From positions 3,343 to 24,708 of the forward strand of contig CBFGJG010000031.1 in assembly GCA_965649055.1 (NCBI GenBank): 21,366 nucleotides of DNA, in the 5' to 3' direction. The position numbers and the translations under genes are program-made. Each line of letters opens with the position of its first letter. The stretch's first letter is position 1. Source of the DNA: a candidate division WOR-3 bacterium (GTDB taxonomy: Bacteria; Hydrothermota; UBA3072; B12-G15). This document shows, in pieces, positions 8,936-17,401 of this stretch. The notes under the pieces are model-generated. The model was given only the letters and a program-made list of their open reading frames with translations. It was not told where the DNA came from and searched no databases.

Positions 8936-11359
8936 TTATTTTTTGTAAATATTTTTAGAACCAGTTTTCACAATAATAGGTTTGCTATTAAGTATTCCCT
9001 TAACAGAACCATATAAATAAATCTCATCAATTAAGAAATAATCAGTTGATATCTCATTGTCCCAGAATTCTATTATATGTATATAGTTACCACCGGGATT
9101 ATTTGAAACAAACGGCGCATTTGTTTTATATACATTATTAACATAAATATCATAATTTTTATTTATCCAGTCAAACTTTAATTTTAATTTATACCAAGTT
9201 CCATTACTTAATGAAGTAACTGTAATAAAGGAATCTGATCTTCCAATATAGTCTTTATATTTCAGCTTTCCTCCCGAAAAATTCAAATACCAACTTCTTG
9301 TTGAATCAAAATCGTTTGTGTCACCAACTGAACGGAAACCAATATCATAGTTATTTGTCTGGGAATAGACATAGAAAACAATGCTGTCAGGGTTTCCATT
9401 AATCTTTGCTATCAAAGAAGCGTAAGAAAAATCGGCGTTTGCTGCAGTATCAACAGTGGGATCATAAAGTCTAAGCGCATTTCCACTATAGCCATTTGAA
9501 ACAACTATTGCATCTGAAGGATTAGTAATTTCTATAACCCATTTTGTTGGATCAGGCCTTGAACCCGGAGAGTAATTATTAAAATCTTCTCCAAAAATAA
9601 CATTTGTGATATTCACTGTTAATGTACTTGACCATCCTGATTCAAGTCCATTTATATCCTTTGCCTTTGCCTTAACCTGATATGTCCCAGGAGATGACCA
9701 ACTATGAGACATTGTAACCTGTGAACCACTCGATACATATGAACTCCATGATGATGTCGTCCCATCGCCCCAATCAAACATTATCGCTACATTATCACCA
9801 TTCGGGTCTGTCGCTGATGACGAAAAATTATATGATGTATTAACATTTCCACTCGTAGGTCCTGTTGGAGTCGATGGGGTATTGGGTGGGTTATTTGTAG
9901 AACCAGTTATACTTAAAAGATAATCTTTTATAGTCGTAAAAAGCATACCATTGGGTTTATCATGAACCATCTGAGTATGATCATAATCTGAAAATGTTAC
10001 AGGGGCTCCATCAAAAGGACCCGCACCATCCCAATTTCCACTTTTTCTCGGGACTGCACCATCTGAAGGATAATTAAGCAAAAAACATATTAATAAATCT
10101 CCCGCTGAATAGGAAAGACCATGATTATTATATATTCCCTCTGAATATAATATCTTATATCTTGATTTGTAAGTATCATTTGAATTTAACTGAGATAAAT
10201 AATCATTAATAATGGGGAAGGATAAAGGTACTTCATAATTATCCCATCTTAAATTAAAAGTGGAAGGTTTGGGAAGACAAGGAAATGGAAGTGGTATAAC
10301 ACTAGACAACAAGTTTTCATCTCCCATTGCTATATTAGCCAAAGGACTCCCATGATGTGGTGTTGCAAGTGTTATTAGCCTTTTTACTTTTGAATAACCA
10401 CCTTTATTCACAATATATGCCCTTGAAACTAAGCCACCCATTGAATGCCCGATAAGAACAACAGAATCATTAGGGAAAACATTATCTATCAACTCTTTTA
10501 ATGCATTTGCCGAGGCATCTATCGGAACATCCCTATCATACCTGTATGCAAAAAGCATATATTTTTGATTCAAAGAACTATTATTTAGAAAATATGCGAT
10601 AAAAGAACTCCAATTGGCATATACACATATCTTTCTACCTATAATATATACATACTCGTTGTCAAACTCTAATGTCCATCCATGAACAAGAATTAAAGGG
10701 ATTTTACCTCCAAGGGAGACAGGACTTGAAATCTCAATATATCCCGATGTGTCTACAGATGTTATCTTATATAGTGTTCCAATTAGTCCTTTTTCATCAG
10801 AACCATAGTCATCTCCAAAACTTAATACCATAAATTCTAGTATAACATCACCTGAGATATCTTTTAGATATATATTTTTTAATAAACCAAGGGAAAAAAG
10901 ACACATTTTTTTCAGATTTAAAGTATCAAAGACATTTTGATAAAAGAAAAATGTATCACTTGAAGTTATTACAGCGAACCTTGTGCAAAGATTTTCTCTA
11001 TCTTCTATTGATGTAATAATTGATATAGTATCAGATGGTATAGAATCCAATAAACCTTTCTTTTTATTTGAGTCCATCACCACAGCATCAAAATCAAATT
11101 TCATTCTGAAAATAGAAGAAGATTGATTTGTATTTCCCGGTATCTTTAAATCAGATAAATCTTTTTTAGTTATTACAACCTCGGTTCCTGATTTTATAGT
11201 ATTAGGTGGAATATTTACATAACTACCATCTGAAAATTCAATCTTGTTTCCATCTGGAGATATAATTATTGTCTTTTCTTCTTCAAATTGTTCCTTTTTA
11301 CAGGAAGATATTTCTATTAAAATCAAAATTAAAACGACCAACAATAAACACTTTCTCAT
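8936..11359 (-). CDS. Multidomain lipoprotein: alpha/beta hydrolase (lipase/PGAP1-like), PKD domain, C-terminal beta-sandwich
   Basis: Lipoprotein-like signal ending IEISSC. Hydrolase motifs LILVHGW, GHSMGG, LATPHHGS, SDGAVP, DHTQM. PKD-type segment NNPPNTPSTPTGP...ATDPNGD...FDWGDG...SHSWSSPGTYQVKAKAKD. Lectin-like end (FGEDFNNY...WYKLKL...YDIYVNN...IDEIYL). Confidence 0.8.
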   Translation of the reverse strand: MRKCLLLVVLILILIEISSCKKEQFEEEKTIIISPDGNKIEFSDGSYVNIPPNTIKSGTEVVITKKDLSDLKIPGNTNQSSSIFRMKFDFDAVVMDSNKKKGLLDSIPSDTISIITSIEDRENLCTRFAVITSSDTFFFYQNVFDTLNLKKMCLFSLGLLKNIYLKDISGDVILEFMVLSFGDDYGSDEKGLIGTLYKITSVDTSGYIEISSPVSLGGKIPLILVHGWTLEFDNEYVYIIGRKICVYANWSSFIAYFLNNSSLNQKYMLFAYRYDRDVPIDASANALKELIDNVFPNDSVVLIGHSMGGLVSRAYIVNKGGYSKVKRLITLATPHHGSPLANIAMGDENLLSSVIPLPFPCLPKPSTFNLRWDNYEVPLSFPIINDYLSQLNSNDTYKSRYKILYSEGIYNNHGLSYSAGDLLICFLLNYPSDGAVPRKSGNWDGAGPFDGAPVTFSDYDHTQMVHDKPNGMLFTTIKDYLLSITGSTNNPPNTPSTPTGPTSGNVNTSYNFSSSATDPNGDNVAIMFDWGDGTTSSWSSYVSSGSQVTMSHSWSSPGTYQVKAKAKDINGLESGWSSTLTVNITNVIFGEDFNNYSPGSRPDPTKWVIEITNPSDAIVVSNGYSGNALRLYDPTVDTAANADFSYASLIAKINGNPDSIVFYVYSQTNNYDIGFRSVGDTNDFDSTRSWYLNFSGGKLKYKDYIGRSDSFITVTSLSNGTWYKLKLKFDWINKNYDIYVNNVYKTNAPFVSNNPGGNYIHIIEFWDNEISTDYFLIDEIYLYGSVKGILNSKPIIVKTGSKNIYKK

Positions 11360-11375
11360 AAAATCCCCCTTTTAT

Positions 11376-12080
11376 TCACTTCCCATTTTCAATTAATTGG
11401 AGAATTATTTCAGTCTCTATACCATTTTCTTTTGTAAAGATAATACCTTCTTTATTGCCTTTTGAGATTAAAATACCGTATCCATCAGATGAAGGCATAT
11501 CTGCAATATTCCATTTTTCGTATTTTAATTCAGATTTATAATAGTTTATTATGTAAGAAGCAGGTGAACCTGATTTATAAATTGCCATCTTTGTTGTTGT
11601 ATAAACATCTGTCTGTTCATTGTAAAAGACACTTTTACAACTTGCTGGTATTGGTAATTCTTCAAGAAATTTACCTTCCTGGAACATTCTCTTTATATCA
11701 TTTTCAGAACAACTCATCTTTTGAGAATACAATATTTTTTCACCTTCAAAATCCAAAAGTATTACCCCAATAACTTCATTATTTCCTTTTGCAACTATTG
11801 TGGAAAATTTTTCTGAATAAAAATCAGAAACAATTTTCATTTGTCTTCTTATTAGTTCATTTTTATAAGAGTTAAATGCATCTTCAATTGAAGTATTTAT
11901 TCTGTAAATACCTAAGACAGTCGGGATATTCTGAAACTTACCTTTTGTTATCGATATTTTTTTAAACTCATTCCCTTTAGGTATACCCAATGGATTTGTT
12001 ATATCACCAAAATAATCAAATACCGTTGAAAACAATGTTATTGCTATAGTAAATAATAAAATTACTTTTCTATCTATCAC
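11376..12080 (-). CDS. Exported hypothetical protein with two similar alpha/beta domains
   Basis: N-terminal hydrophobic segment and two related helices, SIEDAFNSYKNELIRRQMKIV and SPASYIINYYKSELKYEKWNIA. Probable start is GTG 12080 after GGGAG; the track gives 12101. Confidence 0.6.
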   Translation of the reverse strand: MIDRKVILLFTIAITLFSTVFDYFGDITNPLGIPKGNEFKKISITKGKFQNIPTVLGIYRINTSIEDAFNSYKNELIRRQMKIVSDFYSEKFSTIVAKGNNEVIGVILLDFEGEKILYSQKMSCSENDIKRMFQEGKFLEELPIPASCKSVFYNEQTDVYTTTKMAIYKSGSPASYIINYYKSELKYEKWNIADMPSSDGYGILISKGNKEGIIFTKENGIETEIILQLIENGK

Positions 12081-12594
12081 GCCATCTCCCTTCGTTATCA
12101 TCTATTTCAAAGGCATCTTTTAAAAAATCGACAAAGTTTTGGAACGCCCAAGGATTCCCAACCATATATGAGTTTGCTTTAACATTTAGTTTCCTTATCC
12201 CTATGTAAGGTATTCCATCTATCTCGCAGCTTCCCATATAACCACTTATTCCTGAAACTGCGGAAAAAAGACGGTTCATAGTTAAAATAATCGAATAATT
12301 AACTTCTTCATCTGGATAAAGAAAATGAGTAATATCGTTAAATATTCCATATTCTGTAATATTAAAATTCCTTTCGAATGGTGGAAGTAAGTTTTGAATC
12401 CTCTGATTAACTTTATTGTAATTCTCATCTTCAAATTTTCCTCCACCTGATAACATTATTGTTCCATTTCTTGCATTTGAAAGCATATCCATTTTAGTAA
12501 TCCATGCATTACAAACCAGTATTATTCCATATAATATTGTTAACATAATCATAATACTTACAATTCCTTCAACTGCACCTTGTCCTTTCTTCAT
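12070..12594 (-). CDS. TadE-like minor pilin
   Basis: MKKG|QGAVEG with E5, a hydrophobic helix, then NARNG as in TadE N-termini. Confidence 0.8.
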   Translation of the reverse strand: MKKGQGAVEGIVSIMIMLTILYGIILVCNAWITKMDMLSNARNGTIMLSGGGKFEDENYNKVNQRIQNLLPPFERNFNITEYGIFNDITHFLYPDEEVNYSIILTMNRLFSAVSGISGYMGSCEIDGIPYIGIRKLNVKANSYMVGNPWAFQNFVDFLKDAFEIDDNEGRWRDR

Positions 12595-12743
12595 TTTGTC
12601 ACCTCTTTTTTGTAAACGCTATCTGGAGGTAATGGTTCGTAGTCAATAATATACTTTTGTTTAAAAGAATAAAACGCTGAAATTATGGATATTATTATAA
12701 AGATTATAAAAAATATAATATCAATCTTTCTCTTTTTTATCAT
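12591..12743 (-). CDS. 50-aa single-TM small protein (not in ORF track)
   Basis: MIKKRKIDIIFFIIFIIISIISAFYSFKQKYIIDYEPLPPDSVYKKEVTK. SD AGGAGGA at 12747-12753; its stop overlaps the next start (ATGA at 12591-12594); it fills the gap between neighbours. Confidence 0.75.
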   Translation of the reverse strand: MIKKRKIDIIFFIIFIIISIISAFYSFKQKYIIDYEPLPPDSVYKKEVTK

Positions 12744-12751
12744 ATTTCCTC

Positions 12752-14440
12752 CTAATGATATCTTATTTTCAGGTTTAAAATTGCATCAATATAGTTATTC
12801 ACTTTTTCCTCTTGTTCTTCAGATAGTCCATATCCTTTTTGTTTCATCTTCTGGTTAACATTATCTATTACCTGATGTATATCTATACTTGTATATCTCT
12901 GAATAACCCTATTCAAATCTACTTCACCGACTGGCATAAGAGTTGCCCGCCAGGATGGTTTAAAAAGGAATGTTGGAACCTCTTCACTCTCAGGGTCTTC
13001 ATAGAAAATACGACTTTTTGCAACTGTTAAATATGGTGGAAGTATCTGATTGAATGTTGACTTTTTAGGTAATTCTACTGAAAATGTTACAACAGATTCA
13101 ACTGAATCTATCGGATAAAACTCCCCAAGCATCTTTTTATCTCTCATCATACCAAAAACAAGTTCAATTGCTGCATCAACAAATAAACTAAACGAAAATA
13201 CCACAGAAAGATCATAATAGAAACCGAGAGAATCACATTGCCATGCACATACATCATATAGACAGGTTTTAAAATATGTTGTATCTACATTTACTATAGT
13301 ATCTATTTTACCATTACTTTGCACTTTATATGTTGTATCTACATTAACTTTAATACTATCTAACCACTGACTTTTACAACAAGAAGATGTTGGATTACCA
13401 TTTCGGTCTATTACGCAATTAACTCGTGGACAATATGTTGCGTCTTTAGTTGAATAAGAGTAAGTTCTTGTGTCACTTATATACCAATGCCCATATGAAA
13501 AATAATACCGGCAATTACTCTTTATGGTTAAACTATATGCTGCATAAACATCTATCTTTCCAGGAATAGGTAATTCTGTAACAGGAGATGAAGAGCTGCT
13601 AAAAATCAAAACTTTTTCTTTTTGGTCAACTATTGTTTTAGAAAAAGACCATACACTTTCAGGAACAACGAATTCTCCAAGTGTTATTCTACTTAAGATT
13701 GCATCAGCATACCTTTCATCTCCTAATTTGGAAATCATCCAATTTCTTATAGTATTACGATAATTTATTAAATTCCAAGTAATACCGGGAGGCGTCTTAT
13801 TATTACAACTACGATGTTTTGGGGATTCCTTATAATCAAGATAAAAATCTATTGATATATTAGGCATTTCATACCTTATTCCACCAAGATTTTCTGAAGA
13901 AACATCATATTGCGATGAATGTTCTGTCCACATTGTTCTTTCATTCCCACCTTTTTGGGAAGTTTGTGTCTGAGAAAAAAGTCTGTCATTTGATAATTTC
14001 ATCTCTTTTACACATAAATTTGGTGGTAATGGATATGGAAATGTAATATCTGCACCATTCATAATACCAACCAGTGCATTAGTTAATGTCCCAAGATGAT
14101 ATTTATTGAACGCCTTTTGTATAAACCTTTGCGTGTGTAATTGCAATCTTATAAACTTTGGTGGGAACTCTGTTCCTGGATATGCACCGAATGCTGCGGC
14201 TATTATTGTTCCTACATAACTTGTTGTTATAGTTAGATTAAGTGCAGTTATAAGATTCAATCCTCTTGCCTGCCAAGAAGATGTGGAAACAGAAGCAAGG
14301 TCTGTAGCATTCTGAACTTTCATTCTTGTGTATACAATCTTACCAATATTATAAACCGAAATAAAAACAAAAACCAATGTTGCTAAAAATACTATAAAAA
14401 GTGGTAAAACCTGACCTTTTTTATTCCTATTCATTTTCAT
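12752..14440 (-). CDS. TadG-like large minor pilin / tip adhesin with a Cys-rich region
   Basis: NKKG|QVLPLF without E5, as is typical of TadG/PilX-like pilins; TM helix; KVQNATDLAS...QARGLN Tad N-terminal motif; 10 Cys; C-terminal W-R-A-T-L-M-P-V closing strand. Confidence 0.8.
   Translation of the reverse strand: MKMNRNKKGQVLPLFIVFLATLVFVFISVYNIGKIVYTRMKVQNATDLASVSTSSWQARGLNLITALNLTITTSYVGTIIAAAFGAYPGTEFPPKFIRLQLHTQRFIQKAFNKYHLGTLTNALVGIMNGADITFPYPLPPNLCVKEMKLSNDRLFSQTQTSQKGGNERTMWTEHSSQYDVSSENLGGIRYEMPNISIDFYLDYKESPKHRSCNNKTPPGITWNLINYRNTIRNWMISKLGDERYADAILSRITLGEFVVPESVWSFSKTIVDQKEKVLIFSSSSSPVTELPIPGKIDVYAAYSLTIKSNCRYYFSYGHWYISDTRTYSYSTKDATYCPRVNCVIDRNGNPTSSCCKSQWLDSIKVNVDTTYKVQSNGKIDTIVNVDTTYFKTCLYDVCAWQCDSLGFYYDLSVVFSFSLFVDAAIELVFGMMRDKKMLGEFYPIDSVESVVTFSVELPKKSTFNQILPPYLTVAKSRIFYEDPESEEVPTFLFKPSWRATLMPVGEVDLNRVIQRYTSIDIHQVIDNVNQKMKQKGYGLSEEQEEKVNNYIDAILNLKIRYH
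13274..13345. repeat. 18-bp exact direct repeat, two copies 54 nt apart, inside the TadG-like gene
   Basis: atatgttgtatctacatt at 13274-13291 and 13328-13345; the protein shows VNVDTTY twice. Confidence 0.85.
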
Positions 14441-15146
14441 ACTCCAGTTCCTTTGAATAATATATTACAAGTGCTGTTTTCGCTTTTAGTGGGAAATAGT
14501 ATAAACCTTTATTTATTTTGGTGAATGGGTCATCCCGAACGATTGGTAAATAACCAAGCATTCTATTAACCAAAGGAACAATAAGTCTATAATGATAAGT
14601 TACCTCACCTATAGCAACAGGTATCTTTTCAGTAGGTGAATCAAGATATAATCTTGCTTCAACAAGTTCTAATGTTCTTGAATATCTTTTAAGAAAGTCC
14701 TTCCCAAATTCATGGATATTTCCTGAATATATTTCCTGGGCAAAACTAAGATTCCTTAACCAGAATCTAAATTCATCAGGTATACCTGCAAAAATCCTAT
14801 TTTTTCCTTCAACACTTACAGCAGTTAAAGGAAGGGCGGCTATGATTCTCGCAGTATCAAATTGGGCAGGGAAAAAACCTATTCCCGTATCACATTCTAC
14901 AAGAGTCCAACCAAACCTAAAAATTGGAAAAGGTTGTATAAAAAATCTTCTTTCAAAATGTTTTCCCTGTGGGTCGTTTTTCGCAGAATAAACGCAACCA
15001 TACCTTGCAACACAGAAAGATGAATATTTTGTAACTATTAATGCAGTGGTTATTAGCCCAAATTGTAGTATTACTAATATTAAAATTATTATTACAGGTA
15101 TAACAAAGACTGATTCTATCATTGCCTGACCTTTTTTTGCCCTCAT
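14427..15146 (-). CDS. tadE: TadE family minor pilin
   Basis: KKG|QAMIESVFVIPVIIILILVILQFG...VARYG; C-terminal VTYHYRLIVPLV typical of TadE/TadF. Confidence 0.85.
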   Translation of the reverse strand: MRAKKGQAMIESVFVIPVIIILILVILQFGLITTALIVTKYSSFCVARYGCVYSAKNDPQGKHFERRFFIQPFPIFRFGWTLVECDTGIGFFPAQFDTARIIAALPLTAVSVEGKNRIFAGIPDEFRFWLRNLSFAQEIYSGNIHEFGKDFLKRYSRTLELVEARLYLDSPTEKIPVAIGEVTYHYRLIVPLVNRMLGYLPIVRDDPFTKINKGLYYFPLKAKTALVIYYSKELEYENE

Positions 15147-15147
15147 T

Positions 15148-15681
15148 TTATACCCCCAAGATTTTATATATAGGTATTATATTTTTTTCTATAAAGAAGT
15201 TTATCAGAACTGATATTCCTATTGGGATTGTGAAAGGAAATCTAACCATACTTTTTTTATCTACTTGCATATTAAGAAATATAAATAGTATGTTCTTTAA
15301 TCCTTGTTTTATTCTTTTATTTCTAATCATCTGCAATAAAGCAAAAAATCCACCGATAATTGTAGATAAGATAAATATTATTAAGAAAGACTTTAATCTT
15401 AAAATAGCGCATAATGATATTAGTAGTTTAGCATCACCTGCACCAAAAACATCTAAACTATAAAAGAAAAATGATATAATAAAAGCAATTAAGACTTCTC
15501 CTATATAAATAACAATTTCAATAAAAAGAGGATGCCGGTTTTGTATTATATAGAAAAGATTAATAACAAAACCTAATACAAAACCGGCTAAAGATACCCA
15601 GTTTTTCAATTTTCCCATTCTTAAATCTTGAAATACCGAAATCGCTATCATTAAAAAAACAGCAATCCAAGCAAAATGCAT
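15148..15681 (-). CDS. tadV: A24 prepilin peptidase TadV/CpaA
   Basis: Both catalytic Asp motifs are present (QDLRMGKLKN, FGAGDAKL); polytopic; C-terminal FPFTIPI. Start moved to ATG 15681 because 15705 falls inside the upstream pilin gene. Confidence 0.92.
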   Translation of the reverse strand: MHFAWIAVFLMIAISVFQDLRMGKLKNWVSLAGFVLGFVINLFYIIQNRHPLFIEIVIYIGEVLIAFIISFFFYSLDVFGAGDAKLLISLCAILRLKSFLIIFILSTIIGGFFALLQMIRNKRIKQGLKNILFIFLNMQVDKKSMVRFPFTIPIGISVLINFFIEKNIIPIYKILGV

Positions 15682-15688
15682 ATTGCCC

Positions 15689-15865
15689 TTATTTGTGCTG
15701 AGCATTAAATATTCTGGTGGCCAAATCTGAAAATAATTTAGCTATCTTTCCTCTAAAAAAGGCAAATGCGGTAATGGCACCAACTGCGATAACTGCAACA
15801 ATCAGAATGTATTCGATCATTGTCTGGGCATCTTCCTCTTTGAAAAACCTTTTTAAAAGTTTCAT
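15689..15865 (-). CDS. flp: Flp pilin, 58 aa, probable major pilin (not in ORF track)
   Basis: MKLLKRFFKEEDA|QTMIEYILIVAVIAVGAITAFAFFRGKIAKLFSDLATRIFNAQHK. Strong SD AAAGGAGG; ATGA overlap with the upstream gene; classic position just before tadV. Confidence 0.93.
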   Translation of the reverse strand: MKLLKRFFKEEDAQTMIEYILIVAVIAVGAITAFAFFRGKIAKLFSDLATRIFNAQHK

Positions 15866-17247
15866 AAAACCTCCTTTCGGTTTTTTTTGTAAACAACGAC
15901 CTTTTCATTTTCAAAGACCTTTAACCATTCTTTGTTGTTATAAATATGTCTTACCATTTTATGATTCTTGGGAAGAATAAAGCCATCTATTCCATATATC
16001 TTTACTAAACCTTTCCAATAATATGTATCCTGTTCAAATACTAAAAGAGAATTAAAATTGGAAAGTGTGTAAGGTTCTTTTAAGTCAAAAAATATCTTCT
16101 TGTTTTCATCATCGTTTAATAACAGAAATAAACCTGTCCATAAATAATATACGTAAATTCTTGTGAAATCAATATTTGTTGAATTTTGAATTGCTTCAAA
16201 TACTAATTTATTTTCACCTAATTTCAACAAGTTATCATTCTTATTTATAAATATAAAAATTATAAATATTATAAAAATAAAAGGTATAGAGAATATGAAT
16301 GAATTAAATTGCTCAGCTATCTTGAAAGATTCTCTTTCTATTTTTATCTTCTTCAAGATATCAGTAATAATCGGTAAAGATGCTATGAGTAAAACTGGTA
16401 TGAATCTTGTACCTAAAAATGGAAAATAAAAGAATGAACAGAAAAAAATTATATCAGGTAAAGAAATTTTAGAAATCCCTATCAAGAAGAACAATACAAT
16501 TAAATAAAGAATTGAAAAAATATCAAAACCGGTTTGCCATTCTGTTATATTTTCATAGATTGTTAAATCTTTAAGTAAAATGAAAGGAATTTTAAAAACT
16601 TTTATGAAATAAGGATTAATTAACGAAATAATTATCGAACTGATAATAACTAAAAAGAATTTCTTATCCCATTTACTATTTTTTATTCTTATAAAAATTG
16701 AATAAATAATCAAAGTATAGAAACCCAAAACGAAAGATGGATGTATATTTACCCATATCAAAAAAATTAAGGGTATAAGGTTGAAGTATTTCCTATCAGT
16801 AAAAAATAAGATATAGATTAAAATATTAAAAATAAAATATCCTAAAAATAATGGTCTTATAGAACGAAAGATTAATATATTGAATAATATCAAAAATAAA
16901 ATAATACTACTTAAGATGGGATTTATATTTGATTTTCTAAAAATTTTAACCAAAAGTATTAACCAAGATAAAAATAAAACGAATTGAAAAATTCTTAGCA
17001 TCAAAGGTGAAACATTATATAATCTATAAAATATTAAATCAGAAAGCCATTGTAAGTTCATTTCTTCCTTGTCTGGTTCAGTAAAATACAAATTTGAAAA
17101 AGATGGAATCTTAAAAGGATTATTTATATACTTACCTATAGATATATGCCAAATGGTATCTACATCAATATCAGTTTTAATTAATAAAGTAATTGCAAAT
17201 AAAATGATAATAATATCATATATTGATGGAATTAAAAATTTCTTCAT
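15862..17247 (-). CDS. Polytopic membrane protein, probable GT-C-fold glycosyltransferase
   Basis: Acidic motif after TM1 (DIDVDTIWHISIG), then QWLSDLIFY, IRP, WVNIHPSFVLG, INPY, ITEWQ; roughly ten hydrophobic segments; soluble C-terminal domain ending WLKVFENEKVVVYKK. Confidence 0.65.
   Translation of the reverse strand: MKKFLIPSIYDIIIILFAITLLIKTDIDVDTIWHISIGKYINNPFKIPSFSNLYFTEPDKEEMNLQWLSDLIFYRLYNVSPLMLRIFQFVLFLSWLILLVKIFRKSNINPILSSIILFLILFNILIFRSIRPLFLGYFIFNILIYILFFTDRKYFNLIPLIFLIWVNIHPSFVLGFYTLIIYSIFIRIKNSKWDKKFFLVIISSIIISLINPYFIKVFKIPFILLKDLTIYENITEWQTGFDIFSILYLIVLFFLIGISKISLPDIIFFCSFFYFPFLGTRFIPVLLIASLPIITDILKKIKIERESFKIAEQFNSFIFSIPFIFIIFIIFIFINKNDNLLKLGENKLVFEAIQNSTNIDFTRIYVYYLWTGLFLLLNDDENKKIFFDLKEPYTLSNFNSLLVFEQDTYYWKGLVKIYGIDGFILPKNHKMVRHIYNNKEWLKVFENEKVVVYKKNRKEVL
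15870..15877 (-). promoter_or_regulatory. Strong Shine-Dalgarno site (AAAGGAGG) of the probable major pilin
   Basis: cctccttt on the + strand, embedded in the last codons of the upstream gene, 4 nt before ATG 15865. Confidence 0.8.
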
Positions 17248-17254
17248 ATCTACC

Positions 17255-17401
17255 TCACGGCAATGGTATTGTGAAAATTAAAAATACCCTTAAGTAAATT
17301 ATATTCATAATGTTACGGAAAAGTGCTGATCCAACTATGAATGCACCTATTAGCGTTGCAACCACTAAAACATATTCAACCGTTGTTTGACCTTTTTTCA
17401 T
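17255..17401 (-). CDS. 48-aa Flp-like small pilin (not in ORF track)
   Basis: MKKG|QTTVEYVLVVATLIGAFIVGSALFRNIMNIIYLRVFLIFTIPLP. GGAG SD at 17410-17413; ATGA overlap with the PP2C stop at 17398-17401. Confidence 0.85.
   Translation of the reverse strand: MKKGQTTVEYVLVVATLIGAFIVGSALFRNIMNIIYLRVFLIFTIPLP

Noticed and set aside
9600..9900. Locally higher GC segment as a possible foreign insertion
   Set aside because: It is explained by the S/T/P/G/W-rich PKD domain; no flanking repeats or mobility genes are present.
15682..15705. Track start extensions of tadV (15705), tadB (5663) and the 241-aa ORF (12101)
   Set aside because: They run into upstream genes, and downstream starts with better SD spacing exist at 15681, 5624 and 12080.
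15881..15888. Poly-T/poly-A runs of about 8 nt (also near 4740 and 4800) as phase-variation tracts
   Set aside because: Runs this long are expected in such AT-rich DNA, and all affected frames are intact.
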